A DNA stretch of 64,000 bases from Blastocatellia bacterium (GTDB lineage: Bacteria; Acidobacteriota; Blastocatellia; UBA7656). Where the stretch lies: the NCBI GenBank assembly GCA_963765495.1, contig CAVXWP010000008.1, forward strand, positions 640,001-704,000. The letters run 5' to 3'. A program made the position numbers and the translations under genes. How positions within the stretch are numbered: position 1 is the first letter of the stretch; every line of letters starts with the position of its first letter. Below, piece after piece: positions 1-9,183 of the stretch. The notes beneath the pieces were generated by a model. That model worked only from the letters and a program-made list of their open reading frames with translations, was not told the origin of the DNA and made no database searches.

Positions 1-610
1 CCGCGACACCTGCCTTTGCGCCCACCTCAAGAAAACGGCGTCCGCCCTCGTTATGAAAGAGGCGATTGGCTCCGAGACAGGTGATATAAATGTCGTCGAA
101 ACCGTCATTATCATAATCGGCCACGCTACAGCCTATCCCGTACATCTCTACGCCGAGCCCGGCTTCTTTCGTCACATCGGTAAAAGTGCCGTTGCGGTTG
201 TTGTGATAAAGAGCCGGGAAAGATTGCGCTCCCTTATGATCAGGCCAGTTCATCGAATTCACGAGCAGGATGTCCTGCCAGCCGTCTGCGTCGTAATCGA
301 GAAAGGCACAGCCAGACCCTACGGTTTCCGGCAGGTACTTCTTTCCATAAGCGCCGTTGTTGTGTTTGAATCGAATGCCTGCCTGCGAGGTTACATCGGT
401 AAACTCGATGGGTCCCGTGTAGCGCGCGGCATCCGTTGGCGCGAGGGCTTCTACCTGCTGCGGTTGTTGTTCCGAGGCGTCAGCAGAACTTGCTTCCTGC
501 TTCGCCCCTCCGTTTGTCGGAGTGTCGTCGGCCGTCGGAGCCTTTACGCATCCGAAAAGAGATAACGGCAATATGATTAAGAGGAATATGCTGATTAGCT
601 TCTTTTGCAT
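1..610 (-). CDS. CRTAC1/ASPIC-UnbV family FG-GAP repeat lipoprotein (partial, runs off the left edge)
   Basis: Hand translation from ATG at 610: MQKKLISIFLLIILPLSLFGC (lipobox), then FTDVTSQAGIRFKH..KYLPETVGSGCAFLDYDADGWQDI..ADYDNDGFDDIY (FG-GAP-type DxDxDG motifs). Absent from the ORF track because the stop lies outside the window. Confidence 0.85.
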   Translation of the reverse strand, partial: MQKKLISIFLLIILPLSLFGCVKAPTADDTPTNGGAKQEASSADASEQQPQQVEALAPTDAARYTGPIEFTDVTSQAGIRFKHNNGAYGKKYLPETVGSGCAFLDYDADGWQDILLVNSMNWPDHKGAQSFPALYHNNRNGTFTDVTKEAGLGVEMYGIGCSVADYDNDGFDDIYITCLGANRLFHNEGGRRFLEVGAKAGVA

Positions 611-615
611 ATGAT

Positions 616-3498
616 TCACCTTGATTGAACGTAGGTCTTGCCGGGCTTTTTCGGCCTCTGCGCCTGATACCCGGGGGTCTGTTTGCGAGCCGAGTCAAGA
701 GCAGACTGATGCTCGTGAATCTGCTGCCGCTCGTTGTTGTCTTCGGGATGAAGCTTGCGATAGGGACCGGTTATAAACTGCGCCGTTTCGTCGGCCTTGA
801 ATCGCTTGTAAAGCGTCTGTTCGCTTGCGGCAAGCTCGGAATTGCCGAGCCCCTGATAACAGAGCATCAGATTATAATGCGCCTGCAAGTCTTCCGGGTC
901 TATTTTGAGAACCTTCTTAAACTCCTCGATTGACTCTTTATACTGGCGTTTGAGAAAGAGTATGCGCCCTATCTGATTCACAACCACTCGATCACGCGGA
1001 TACTGAGCGGCGGCAAATCGCAGATGATCCAGCGCCTCATCGTATCGCCCCATTGGCTTGATCGCCATCGCCAGGAAGAAGTGAGTCTTCGCCAGTTGGG
1101 GATTGACTTCGAGCGCCTTTCGAAGCACCCCTTCTGCCGCCTGCATATTTCCTTCCTGGATTCGCGCGCGGGCTATGTTGACCCATCCGTCCGCATACTC
1201 GGGCTCCATCTCGGTCACTTTCAAAAAGGCCGCCTCGGCTCCCTTGATGTCGCCCTGTAAAAGCAAGCCTATCCCGTAATCGTTCCATCGCTCGCGGACC
1301 GACCTGTCCAGATACGGCTTTGTTTCAGGCACGGGCGCATCTTTTGGAAGGACCGTCAAAGAAGCCTCGTTATAAGCCATCACGGTAATCGGGATATTGG
1401 GTATCGCTTTGATCTTGCCCGATACGTTCGAAGTGTCCCCCGTAAATACCCATCGCCCGTCATCGTATCCCGGACCAATCGCGTACCCCGTGTGTTCAGG
1501 GTCGCGCACCCCTGCAAAGGCCCATTGCGTGTTCCACCAGGAGAATTTGCGATAATTGACCTTCGCCCTGAGATAGATTTTATCGCCGCAGTTTTCAGGA
1601 ATGTTTAACCGATAATGGATCGTGTCGGCCGCGCCGGGCGGAATCAATCTGACGTAAGCGACCGAACGCGTGGCCCAGGCATTGCGTTTGTTTATTACGT
1701 TGCCGTGCTCGTCAAGCATTCGGCTTCGATAAAAATGCGCCCCCTCATCGACCGGCCCGCGTCCACCGTCTTCGACCATCCCGCTGTGAAATATCGGCTG
1801 CCCACGGTCGTCGAATGCTTCCAGCTCTACCCACACGTCAAAGGCGTCAACTGTTCCTCCGGGAAAGAAATGGCCGACCTTGCGAGTTCGCAAAACCACT
1901 TCAACACGAACCGATTCGCCTCGTCTTACCGCCGCATCTACTTTGCCCAGCGGGCCTACAACCTCGACCGGCTTCGAGATGAGCGCCTGTTGCGCCCCAA
2001 AATTCATAGACTCTTCGCCCACTCCGAATGTGCTTGCTATTCGCGGCTCTTCCTGAGACTGATTCTTCCTTGCGACAGGCTCTTCGGGCGCATCCGTGCG
2101 GGCAAATCCGAAAATATCAATCGAGACCTGATTATCCTTCAGAAAATCCTGAATTACCTTTATCTGCGTCTCGTCCTGATTGACAAACGGCACAGCAGTG
2201 TTTGCTCCGGGGAATCGGTGCGAATGCACTTTCCCGTCAGTGGCTGCCGGGTCGTTTGCCTCTACGAGCGGCATGTGACAATCGGCGCATTTTTGCGGCT
2301 TGGGCGGGTAGTAGAACGAGCGAGCGCCTTCGCCCGATACGCCCGAAGCCTGCCAGTTGTCGTATTCGTTAAATCCGCGAAACCAGCGATAACCGTTGAC
2401 GGGCACATCAAGGTGGACCTTGTGACAGGACGAGCAGAATTCCGGCGTCTGATCCGTATGAAACTCCTTCAGGAAAGTAGCCTTGTGCGGCTGCGGGTCA
2501 ATAAACAGGAGCTTGTCGTGCATCCACTGGAGGTACTTGTTCTTGCTCACGGCCAGATCGTGGAGCGGCGGGTATTCGATAGTGAAATCGGCCTGTCCCA
2601 TCGTGCTCTTGACGTGGACGATTGAATGGCAGGAAGTACAACTCAAACCGTTTTGCGCTTCGGGCGTATTGATCTGCTCTTTTATAGGCTTATCAAACCG
2701 CCCGTTGAAAAAGACCGCGTGGTCGTGGCAGCCCGCACACCATTTCGACGGCTGTGTGCCTATTGTGTCCTGCATGTACTCGACAGATTTCCGGTACCAC
2801 TGATTGTTAAAGGAGGCAAAATGGTGAGCCGACGAGTTCCATTGATCGTAAATCGCCTTATGACACCTGGCGCAGTCTTCGCTCGTCATGAAGAAAGTAG
2901 AAGGGATGGTGCCTCCGACATTCGTCTCGGCCGAGGACGGAAAGAACGGCTTGCCGGGGCCGCCGCCCTCTCCTTCCATCGTAGGCGGCGGGCTATCGGG
3001 ATTGATGACCCTCCCGCGCGATGGCATTGCATAATGGTTGAAAGCCGTCGTAGCGACCGGAAAAATGAAAATGAAGATGACAATGCACAGATAAACCAGC
3101 CGCCTCTGGCTTGACGCGATATAGCTGCGTGTGTGCGAGAAGATATAGATCAAAAGTGGGATAGACCCCGCAACAGCCAGAGCTATGTGAGCATAAAGCA
3201 CCCACCTGTACTGCTTTATCGACCCGTACTTCATTATAAACATGCCGAGCGCAGTGCTTATTGCCAGAGCCCCGGCCCCGATTTTCACAAAGAGCGGGAA
3301 CTCGGCAAAACGCCTGAAGAAATAGAGCGCAAACAAAAGGGCCAGCCCAAGCCCCAGGCCCATGTGAAAGACTACGTTTCCGAAGTAGAAAAGCGTAGGG
3401 TCGGCATAAGCGGCGAGGTACGAGCTATTTACGAGCAGGATGAAGAAACCTATGACCAGTAATTTCGCAGTCATATTGCCGGCATTGCGGGAAATCAT
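616..3498 (-). CDS. Membrane-anchored pentaheme cytochrome c with C-terminal TPR repeats
   Basis: About 5 N-terminal TM segments; five CxxCH (CARCH, CAGCH, CTSCH, CSSCH, CADCH); TPR-like helices at the C-terminus; GGAGGA RBS upstream of ATG at 3498. Confidence 0.85.
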   Translation of the reverse strand: MISRNAGNMTAKLLVIGFFILLVNSSYLAAYADPTLFYFGNVVFHMGLGLGLALLFALYFFRRFAEFPLFVKIGAGALAISTALGMFIMKYGSIKQYRWVLYAHIALAVAGSIPLLIYIFSHTRSYIASSQRRLVYLCIVIFIFIFPVATTAFNHYAMPSRGRVINPDSPPPTMEGEGGGPGKPFFPSSAETNVGGTIPSTFFMTSEDCARCHKAIYDQWNSSAHHFASFNNQWYRKSVEYMQDTIGTQPSKWCAGCHDHAVFFNGRFDKPIKEQINTPEAQNGLSCTSCHSIVHVKSTMGQADFTIEYPPLHDLAVSKNKYLQWMHDKLLFIDPQPHKATFLKEFHTDQTPEFCSSCHKVHLDVPVNGYRWFRGFNEYDNWQASGVSGEGARSFYYPPKPQKCADCHMPLVEANDPAATDGKVHSHRFPGANTAVPFVNQDETQIKVIQDFLKDNQVSIDIFGFARTDAPEEPVARKNQSQEEPRIASTFGVGEESMNFGAQQALISKPVEVVGPLGKVDAAVRRGESVRVEVVLRTRKVGHFFPGGTVDAFDVWVELEAFDDRGQPIFHSGMVEDGGRGPVDEGAHFYRSRMLDEHGNVINKRNAWATRSVAYVRLIPPGAADTIHYRLNIPENCGDKIYLRAKVNYRKFSWWNTQWAFAGVRDPEHTGYAIGPGYDDGRWVFTGDTSNVSGKIKAIPNIPITVMAYNEASLTVLPKDAPVPETKPYLDRSVRERWNDYGIGLLLQGDIKGAEAAFLKVTEMEPEYADGWVNIARARIQEGNMQAAEGVLRKALEVNPQLAKTHFFLAMAIKPMGRYDEALDHLRFAAAQYPRDRVVVNQIGRILFLKRQYKESIEEFKKVLKIDPEDLQAHYNLMLCYQGLGNSELAASEQTLYKRFKADETAQFITGPYRKLHPEDNNERQQIHEHQSALDSARKQTPGYQAQRPKKPGKTYVQSR

Positions 3499-3988
3499 TT
3501 TTTCCTCCGGTTGTCCGATCAGACCTCGGATACAACAAGGCACTTGAAATCAATATTTATTGTCTTGCGATTTTGAACTTGCCTGTCGGCATCCCTTTGA
3601 GCGGGGCCTATTATAAAGGAAAGCCCTCCAAAGATAAACCTCAGTTCGCGCATCTGTTGTTTCCCTTCTTGCATTCTCAGTGCCGATTAACTTTCAGAAA
3701 TGGCCCTGCGCATTTCTCGCCTTTTTGCGAAGCGCACAAAGTACGCAAGGTTATTTCATAAAGCAATTGGTGGTTTCCTGCCGTAGAGCAGGTAAATCTG
3801 AGAAAAAAAATGGCTCTGTGCATTCTCAAACTTTTTGGTTATTATTTTGCTGTCCGTTTGTAAGATAACACTCCAGGTGCGAGCTCTACTTGAACACTGA
3901 TGCGCCTCAATAAACGCATTCCCGTTCGAGCCTGACTCTTCTACTTTTTTCGCGTTCGTTTGGCCGTCAGATCAGGAGGAAACCAGGA

Positions 3989-4255
3989 ATGTCCATCCCC
4001 TCATTCTCGGGTGATAAGATATGGTGCCCGCTCTGTAATAGTTTTCTCAAATTCATCCAGGTACGGAGCGCCGCAAAGCTCATAGACGTTCATAGAAGAA
4101 CCATCCATCGGTACATAGAAGATGGGAGAGTCTATGCAATCAAAGTGGCAGGGACAAGCTACCGCGTTTGTTGTGGATGCCTGTTGTCGCCAGAAACCCG
4201 CCCTCTCGAAAACCTTCGCAAAAAAAGTGTGACAAAGCGGGACATTGAGGGTTGA
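3989..4255 (+). CDS. Small excisionase/MerR-like HTH DNA-binding protein with Cys motifs
   Basis: AGGAGG RBS; SAAKLIDVHRRTIHRYIEDGRV resembles HTH_17; flanked by CPLC and CCGC. Confidence 0.7.
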   Translation: MSIPSFSGDKIWCPLCNSFLKFIQVRSAAKLIDVHRRTIHRYIEDGRVYAIKVAGTSYRVCCGCLLSPETRPLENLRKKSVTKRDIEG

Positions 4256-4462
4256 ACCGAGTGTAATGTTCGATATATTATGCTTGAGCCGAATCAGGGG
4301 TTCCGATCTGCTCGATAGTGGCCAGCGGCCTGGATTGAATAATATACTCCCCCACCCAGCATTGGGGGCTTATTCACCTTGAATAGCTTGATGTTCTGCG
4401 GGTCTTAGGTTCCCAGGGAATCTGTCTCGCGTAAAGAGACCCCTAAAGACCCGGGGAGGCAC

Positions 4463-5548
4463 ATGAAAATATCGGCCAGAACATTTTTCCTCCTGCTTCT
4501 CACCTTTGCATCCTTGCCGGGATTTGCTCAACACGAGTTTGCTCAGACGCAAAAAAATCCGGGTAACACGCTATCTGACGGTAAGACCGTCGTCGCATCA
4601 TTGAACGACAGGCATATAACCAAAGAAGAGGTTGATGGATTGATTGGTTCTCAACTATTCGAACTGCAGGAAAAGATATACAACCTGCGCAAGGCCGCTA
4701 TCGACAAACTGTTAACAGGAATCCTCCTGGAGGAGGAGGCCAGGTCAAGAGGAATAACAGTTGAAGAGCTACAGCGCCAATTTATACCGGAAAACCCTCC
4801 AATCGAACCCGACCGCATAGACGAAGCATATCTCGAAAATGCCGGAGCTGTGAGCGGGATGAATGAGGCTGAGGCAAGACAGAGAATCAAACTGGATCTT
4901 GAAGCACAACTCAAAATGAAGGAGTATAAGGCTGCCATAGATAGCCTCAGAAACAAGGCCCGCATCACTATCTTTATTACTGCCCCTATCGCTCCCAGGA
5001 TGAGTCTTAGCCCTGATGGACCCGTTAGAGGAAACAAAGATGCAGCGATAACCATCATTGAGTTTTCAGACTTCCAATGCCCTTATTGCAAACAGGCGAC
5101 CGCCATACTCGATCAGGTTTTGCAAAGTTATGACGGTGAGGTAAGACTCGTCTTTAAGCATATGCCCCTGGGAATCCACCCGGAGGCCCTCAACGCCGCC
5201 AGGGCCGCCTACTGCGCCGACCGACAGGGGCAATTTTGGGGCTATCATGATCGCCTTTTCGAGTCAGGGCAACTCGATATCGAATCGCTCAGACAGCAGG
5301 CCGTCCGTATTGGACTGAAGACTACTGAATTCGACAGATGCCTGGAATCAGACGGCAGTCGCGCCGCAGTTTTAGCGGATATGTTGCAGGCAAAACGGGC
5401 TAACGTGCAGGGAACTCCCAGTTTCTTTGTGAACGGGAGACTTTTAAGGGGGGCCAGGGGCATAGAAGATTTCAAGAAAGTGATTGATGAAGAACTTGAA
5501 AGAACAAGAAAGGAAAACCGAACTAAAGTAAATGGGGCTCCAAAATAG
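4463..5548 (+). CDS. DsbA-like thioredoxin-fold disulfide oxidoreductase with SurA-like N-terminal helical domain
   Basis: Signal peptide; EFSDFQCPYC active site; cis-Pro loop VQGTPSFFVNG. Confidence 0.9.
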   Translation: MKISARTFFLLLLTFASLPGFAQHEFAQTQKNPGNTLSDGKTVVASLNDRHITKEEVDGLIGSQLFELQEKIYNLRKAAIDKLLTGILLEEEARSRGITVEELQRQFIPENPPIEPDRIDEAYLENAGAVSGMNEAEARQRIKLDLEAQLKMKEYKAAIDSLRNKARITIFITAPIAPRMSLSPDGPVRGNKDAAITIIEFSDFQCPYCKQATAILDQVLQSYDGEVRLVFKHMPLGIHPEALNAARAAYCADRQGQFWGYHDRLFESGQLDIESLRQQAVRIGLKTTEFDRCLESDGSRAAVLADMLQAKRANVQGTPSFFVNGRLLRGARGIEDFKKVIDEELERTRKENRTKVNGAPK

Positions 5549-5644
5549 CCGCTGGAAATTAGCTATCTGCGGCGGCCCGGTGGTGGGAATTTCCGGTGGT
5601 GGGAATTTATTGATCTTAACCGAAAGAATAAGTGAGGTGCAAAA

Positions 5645-6349
5645 TTGAAGACTCTGAAAATTGCAGCGATAATGATGGCAGGTTCTTTTATGTTTCAGGC
5701 GCAGGCTTCAAGAGCTATATTCGCACAACAGCAGAATCTCCATCGTGTTGTGATCACTTCTAGAGGGGCAGATATACAGGCCAACGCTCCTGATTTTGCT
5801 CTTCTAATTCGCGCCTATGGGAAACTGGCTAAGTTCATCAAGGCCGGTAATGCACGTACGACCTCAGGCGGGCAAAACAGGAAACAAATCGAGGCTGACG
5901 ACATAAGATTTGAGATATGGAACGTGCACACAGGCCCTGTTGAAGAGATTTACGACAGACCTTATGGCCAGTTGGTGACAAAACCGAGCGGTAATATACT
6001 TCAGATCGTACCTGGCACAGTCAGTCGAAACGGGAGGCCTGCCCGGGTGCTCTATCAGGCAGCATGGGCGGCTAATGAGTTACCAGAGGTTCCCACCGAA
6101 GACTGGGATAAGATAACCGTGAGAAAGGTTCTCGCCGGGATGGAAAAGGAAATGCCTCCTGCGAAAACCTACACCTCTTATGAAGTTAGAATTCAATTCA
6201 AGGGGCAAGCGCGAAGTTACGCTGCGGTAGCGTTTCATCACAAGGCGCTTTCGGATTCTGATGCCCCGATAATCAGTTTTACAGATAACATTGTCGGTCA
6301 ATCGGCTTTAACAAGGGCTTATCTTGAAACGCTTCCGGCTGTTGAATGA
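5645..6349 (+). CDS. Secreted hypothetical protein, paralog of the N-terminal domain of 6688-7911
   Basis: GAGG RBS with TTG start; Sec signal ending AQA; aligns by eye with the downstream protein. Confidence 0.75.
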   Translation: MKTLKIAAIMMAGSFMFQAQASRAIFAQQQNLHRVVITSRGADIQANAPDFALLIRAYGKLAKFIKAGNARTTSGGQNRKQIEADDIRFEIWNVHTGPVEEIYDRPYGQLVTKPSGNILQIVPGTVSRNGRPARVLYQAAWAANELPEVPTEDWDKITVRKVLAGMEKEMPPAKTYTSYEVRIQFKGQARSYAAVAFHHKALSDSDAPIISFTDNIVGQSALTRAYLETLPAVE

Positions 6350-6687
6350 TCGAATCGTCCTCTCGATTTCAGACAACCCGGATGCCGCAGGGTCACATTA
6401 TGCCTGTCTCCGCAGTGTGGAAACGGCGGTGATGTTGCTCAGAAACTCCGAGTATCGCAGGTGATCTATTGGTTGCGTCCACAGGCGGAGACATATAAGT
6501 ATAAATTTGAGCCGGGCGCTCTGGTTCATCCGTCCTCATCCCTGTTCATCAGGCGTTGCAGGATAAGTGTTGTTTTTTGACTGCTGTCCAAACCTCGCAA
6601 GTTCAGACCGGATAAGAAGCCGAGTTGTTATATCTGGTCTATAAGACAACCTATTCCCCCATCACCCAGGTTCAAGGAGAAATTAAC

Positions 6688-7911
6688 ATGAAAAGAATAG
6701 CAAGAGCATTTTGGGTAACCATATGTGTGTTTTCAGTGATCAGTTTCTCTTCTACAATAAGCATTGCATCCGGCGACACAGACGGAGACAAGGAAACTTC
6801 GATTCGGAAAGCTTATGAAAGGCTGAGCTTGTATAATACGGCTGCCAACCGTGAAATCTCTGCGGAGAGGGAGATAGCCTATACTCCAGAAACCGATCTA
6901 AAGTTTGAGTTATCCAATTTTCAGACTGGCCCGATTGAAGATATTGCCGCAAGGCCCATCGGTGCGCTCGTTACGAGACCCTCGGGAGATGTCATCGAGG
7001 TAACAACTCATGAACACAGTTACCAGGGAGGTCCTTCGCATGTCATTTATGAAGCGAAGTGGATCACAAGTGAATATAATGCAAGTCAGGTTGAAGATTG
7101 GGACAACACATCCATAAATCAGGTACTGGGACTGACAGGCAATTCGGACGCAAACGAATATGTATCCTATGAGGTTCGAATGTGGTTTGAGGGCAAAGCT
7201 CGAAGCTATCAGGCAATGGCTCTTTATTCCACTATCCCACAATCCGGGGTGAAGCCAAAGGTGCTCCTGTTGGATAACATAATAGGAGTGCCCGCCATAA
7301 ATCAGGTTTTATCCGAGGAGCGCCCACCAATGAGGGCCCCCTGGTTTAAGTATGTTAAGAGCAAACAATACGGCGAGTATCTCCAGGCATTTCAGCAGGC
7401 TGACGGAGACTACGCAAGGGCTAACGAAATTGTGAAGCCCTCCGAAGGGGCCGGAGGTGAGTATTGGGAACCCGAAGAGATGGAATCCCACGGCGAAGTC
7501 CCCCCATCATTTGCACAATGCCCGCCGCAGACTTTTTTGGGGCCTCTGACAGGAAGGTCTCGTGGCGGCACCGAGTATCATACCTTTGGACAGCACAAAG
7601 TTGAGAGCCAGATGCAAGGAAGATGTGAAGACGATGAAACATGTCAGACCACCTGCATGGTTCAATTGTTGAGTACGAATCTCAAAGACACCGGCCTTGC
7701 CCTCACCTGTCATGCATTTGGGCAAAATGTAAAATACGACGACGCGAGCGGTTATAGACCCTTAAGTTGTAAAGCGACCTATGGCGCTGCCGTCAAGGCA
7801 TGCCTTTTTTGCCTATGCAACGTTACCGTTGAGATTTTGGGGACAACGGTTGTATCAGATGGATTCTGGAACTTTGACCAGAGTGTATCCTATGACTGTT
7901 GTCATCATTGA
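6688..7911 (+). CDS. Secreted hypothetical protein with cysteine-rich C-terminal domain
   Basis: AGGAG RBS before ATG at 6688; signal peptide; 11 Cys in the last ~130 aa. Confidence 0.8.
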   Translation: MKRIARAFWVTICVFSVISFSSTISIASGDTDGDKETSIRKAYERLSLYNTAANREISAEREIAYTPETDLKFELSNFQTGPIEDIAARPIGALVTRPSGDVIEVTTHEHSYQGGPSHVIYEAKWITSEYNASQVEDWDNTSINQVLGLTGNSDANEYVSYEVRMWFEGKARSYQAMALYSTIPQSGVKPKVLLLDNIIGVPAINQVLSEERPPMRAPWFKYVKSKQYGEYLQAFQQADGDYARANEIVKPSEGAGGEYWEPEEMESHGEVPPSFAQCPPQTFLGPLTGRSRGGTEYHTFGQHKVESQMQGRCEDDETCQTTCMVQLLSTNLKDTGLALTCHAFGQNVKYDDASGYRPLSCKATYGAAVKACLFCLCNVTVEILGTTVVSDGFWNFDQSVSYDCCHH

Positions 7912-8342
7912 CGAACTTTAGGCATTCTGTCCTAACTCGAAATGTTCGATAAATTTAACGCTGCCGTGATGTGCCTTCGGAGCGCATCACGGCATTTGAC
8001 CGACCTCCATCTATAAACCAATTCATCAAACCAGTTCATTCCGCAGGACGCTTGCACCAACGAGGCTCCCGGAGAAATTGCGCCATATTCTTTCCCGCAT
8101 CCTCTGCCCCACGATTATTGCCCGGTTTGGTCATATCTTCCTCCATCAACCAATATCGGAGTCCTGGACCAGAGGATTATCCGCCCGATAATCTCGATTG
8201 AGAGTTGCAAATCTCGCAGAGTTGCAATGTTTCCATTCATCGCGAGTACGCATTTCCCACAACTCTATGATTGATTACTCCTGAAAGCCTGCTTTTTGCT
8301 ACTATAATGCATGGCCCCTGAATTGCCGATATTGGTTTTGAT

Positions 8343-9119
8343 ATGAATAACGATGGATTTGTGACCAAAATGCAAACACTATCCCGGCTGCCGGCCACTC
8401 GTTTCCTGGCTGTCATCCTCATCATCGGCACGCTGGGATTTTCTGATGCTCTGGCTGTGCAGAAGAAGTCAAGGAAAACAAAGATCGTTCAGAAAACAAA
8501 GCGGCTGACCAGGCAAGAGATTCAGGATGCCGAGCAAAGGCTAGCCGATCTGGGATACTGGACCGGGCCGATTGACGGCAAATTCGACGCAGATTCAAGG
8601 GACGCTTTGATAGCCTTTCAGAAGGTCGAAAGACGCGAGCCAACCGGTCGACTGACATTAGAAGAACTGACCGCACTAAATGAGGCCAAAAGGCCAAAAC
8701 CTCGCGATGCAAGCTACGGCCACGTGGAAGTGGATCTGAGTCGCCAGGTTCTTTTCGTCGTGGATGAAAACGGCGAGGTATCGAAAGTGCTGCCCGTTTC
8801 TTCCGGCAGTGGAGAAGAATTTACATCCGAAGGCTGGACCCGCGATGCCATAACTCCCGTAGGTCGATTCAAAGTACACAATAAGATTGACGGCTGGCAT
8901 AAGGCTCCGCTCGGGATGTTGTATTACCCGGTATATTACCTTGGCGGGATAGCAGTGCATGGCAGCAATTCGGTCCCCGTACATCCAGCGAGCCACGGGT
9001 GCGTTCGAATCCCCGTGTTCGCCGCAAAAGAGTTCAACGAAATGACGGCGATAGGAACCTGGATAATCGTCTACGATGACCAAACCACGAATATGCCGAT
9101 GGGCGAGCCGGGACCGTAG
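8343..9119 (+). CDS. L,D-transpeptidase (YkuD family) with peptidoglycan-binding domain
   Basis: LADLGYWTGPIDGKF..ALIAFQ (PG_binding_1); AVHG...SHGCVR catalytic motif. Start may be 8370. Confidence 0.9.
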   Translation: MNNDGFVTKMQTLSRLPATRFLAVILIIGTLGFSDALAVQKKSRKTKIVQKTKRLTRQEIQDAEQRLADLGYWTGPIDGKFDADSRDALIAFQKVERREPTGRLTLEELTALNEAKRPKPRDASYGHVEVDLSRQVLFVVDENGEVSKVLPVSSGSGEEFTSEGWTRDAITPVGRFKVHNKIDGWHKAPLGMLYYPVYYLGGIAVHGSNSVPVHPASHGCVRIPVFAAKEFNEMTAIGTWIIVYDDQTTNMPMGEPGP

Positions 9120-9123
9120 GTGC

Positions 9124-9160
9124 AAAAAATAATGCCCGCCTCCTAAAAGGAAGCGGGCAT
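9124..9160 (-). terminator. Intrinsic terminator between convergent genes
   Basis: Stem ATGCCCGC...GCGGGCAT followed by a T-run on the minus strand. Confidence 0.7.
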
Positions 9161-9183
9161 ATGAGAGAGTTCTGTTTACCAGT

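Noticed and set aside
53-565. 170-aa plus-strand ORF (and similar long antisense ORFs such as 1615-2625, 34548-35417, 36544-37566)
   Set aside because: Shadow frames opposite well-supported genes, with no motifs of their own.
6347-6580. Frame stays open for ~76 codons after the TGA of the first paralog (possible selenocysteine or readthrough)
   Set aside because: The extension does not resemble the paralog's C-terminus and there is no convincing SECIS; this length can occur by chance.
3989-7911. Prophage or integrative element suggested by the excisionase-like gene
   Set aside because: No integrase, tRNA, att repeats or phage genes in the vicinity.
8036-8134. 32-aa minus-strand ORF with a GGAGGA RBS
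   Set aside because: Too short and featureless to support without conservation data.
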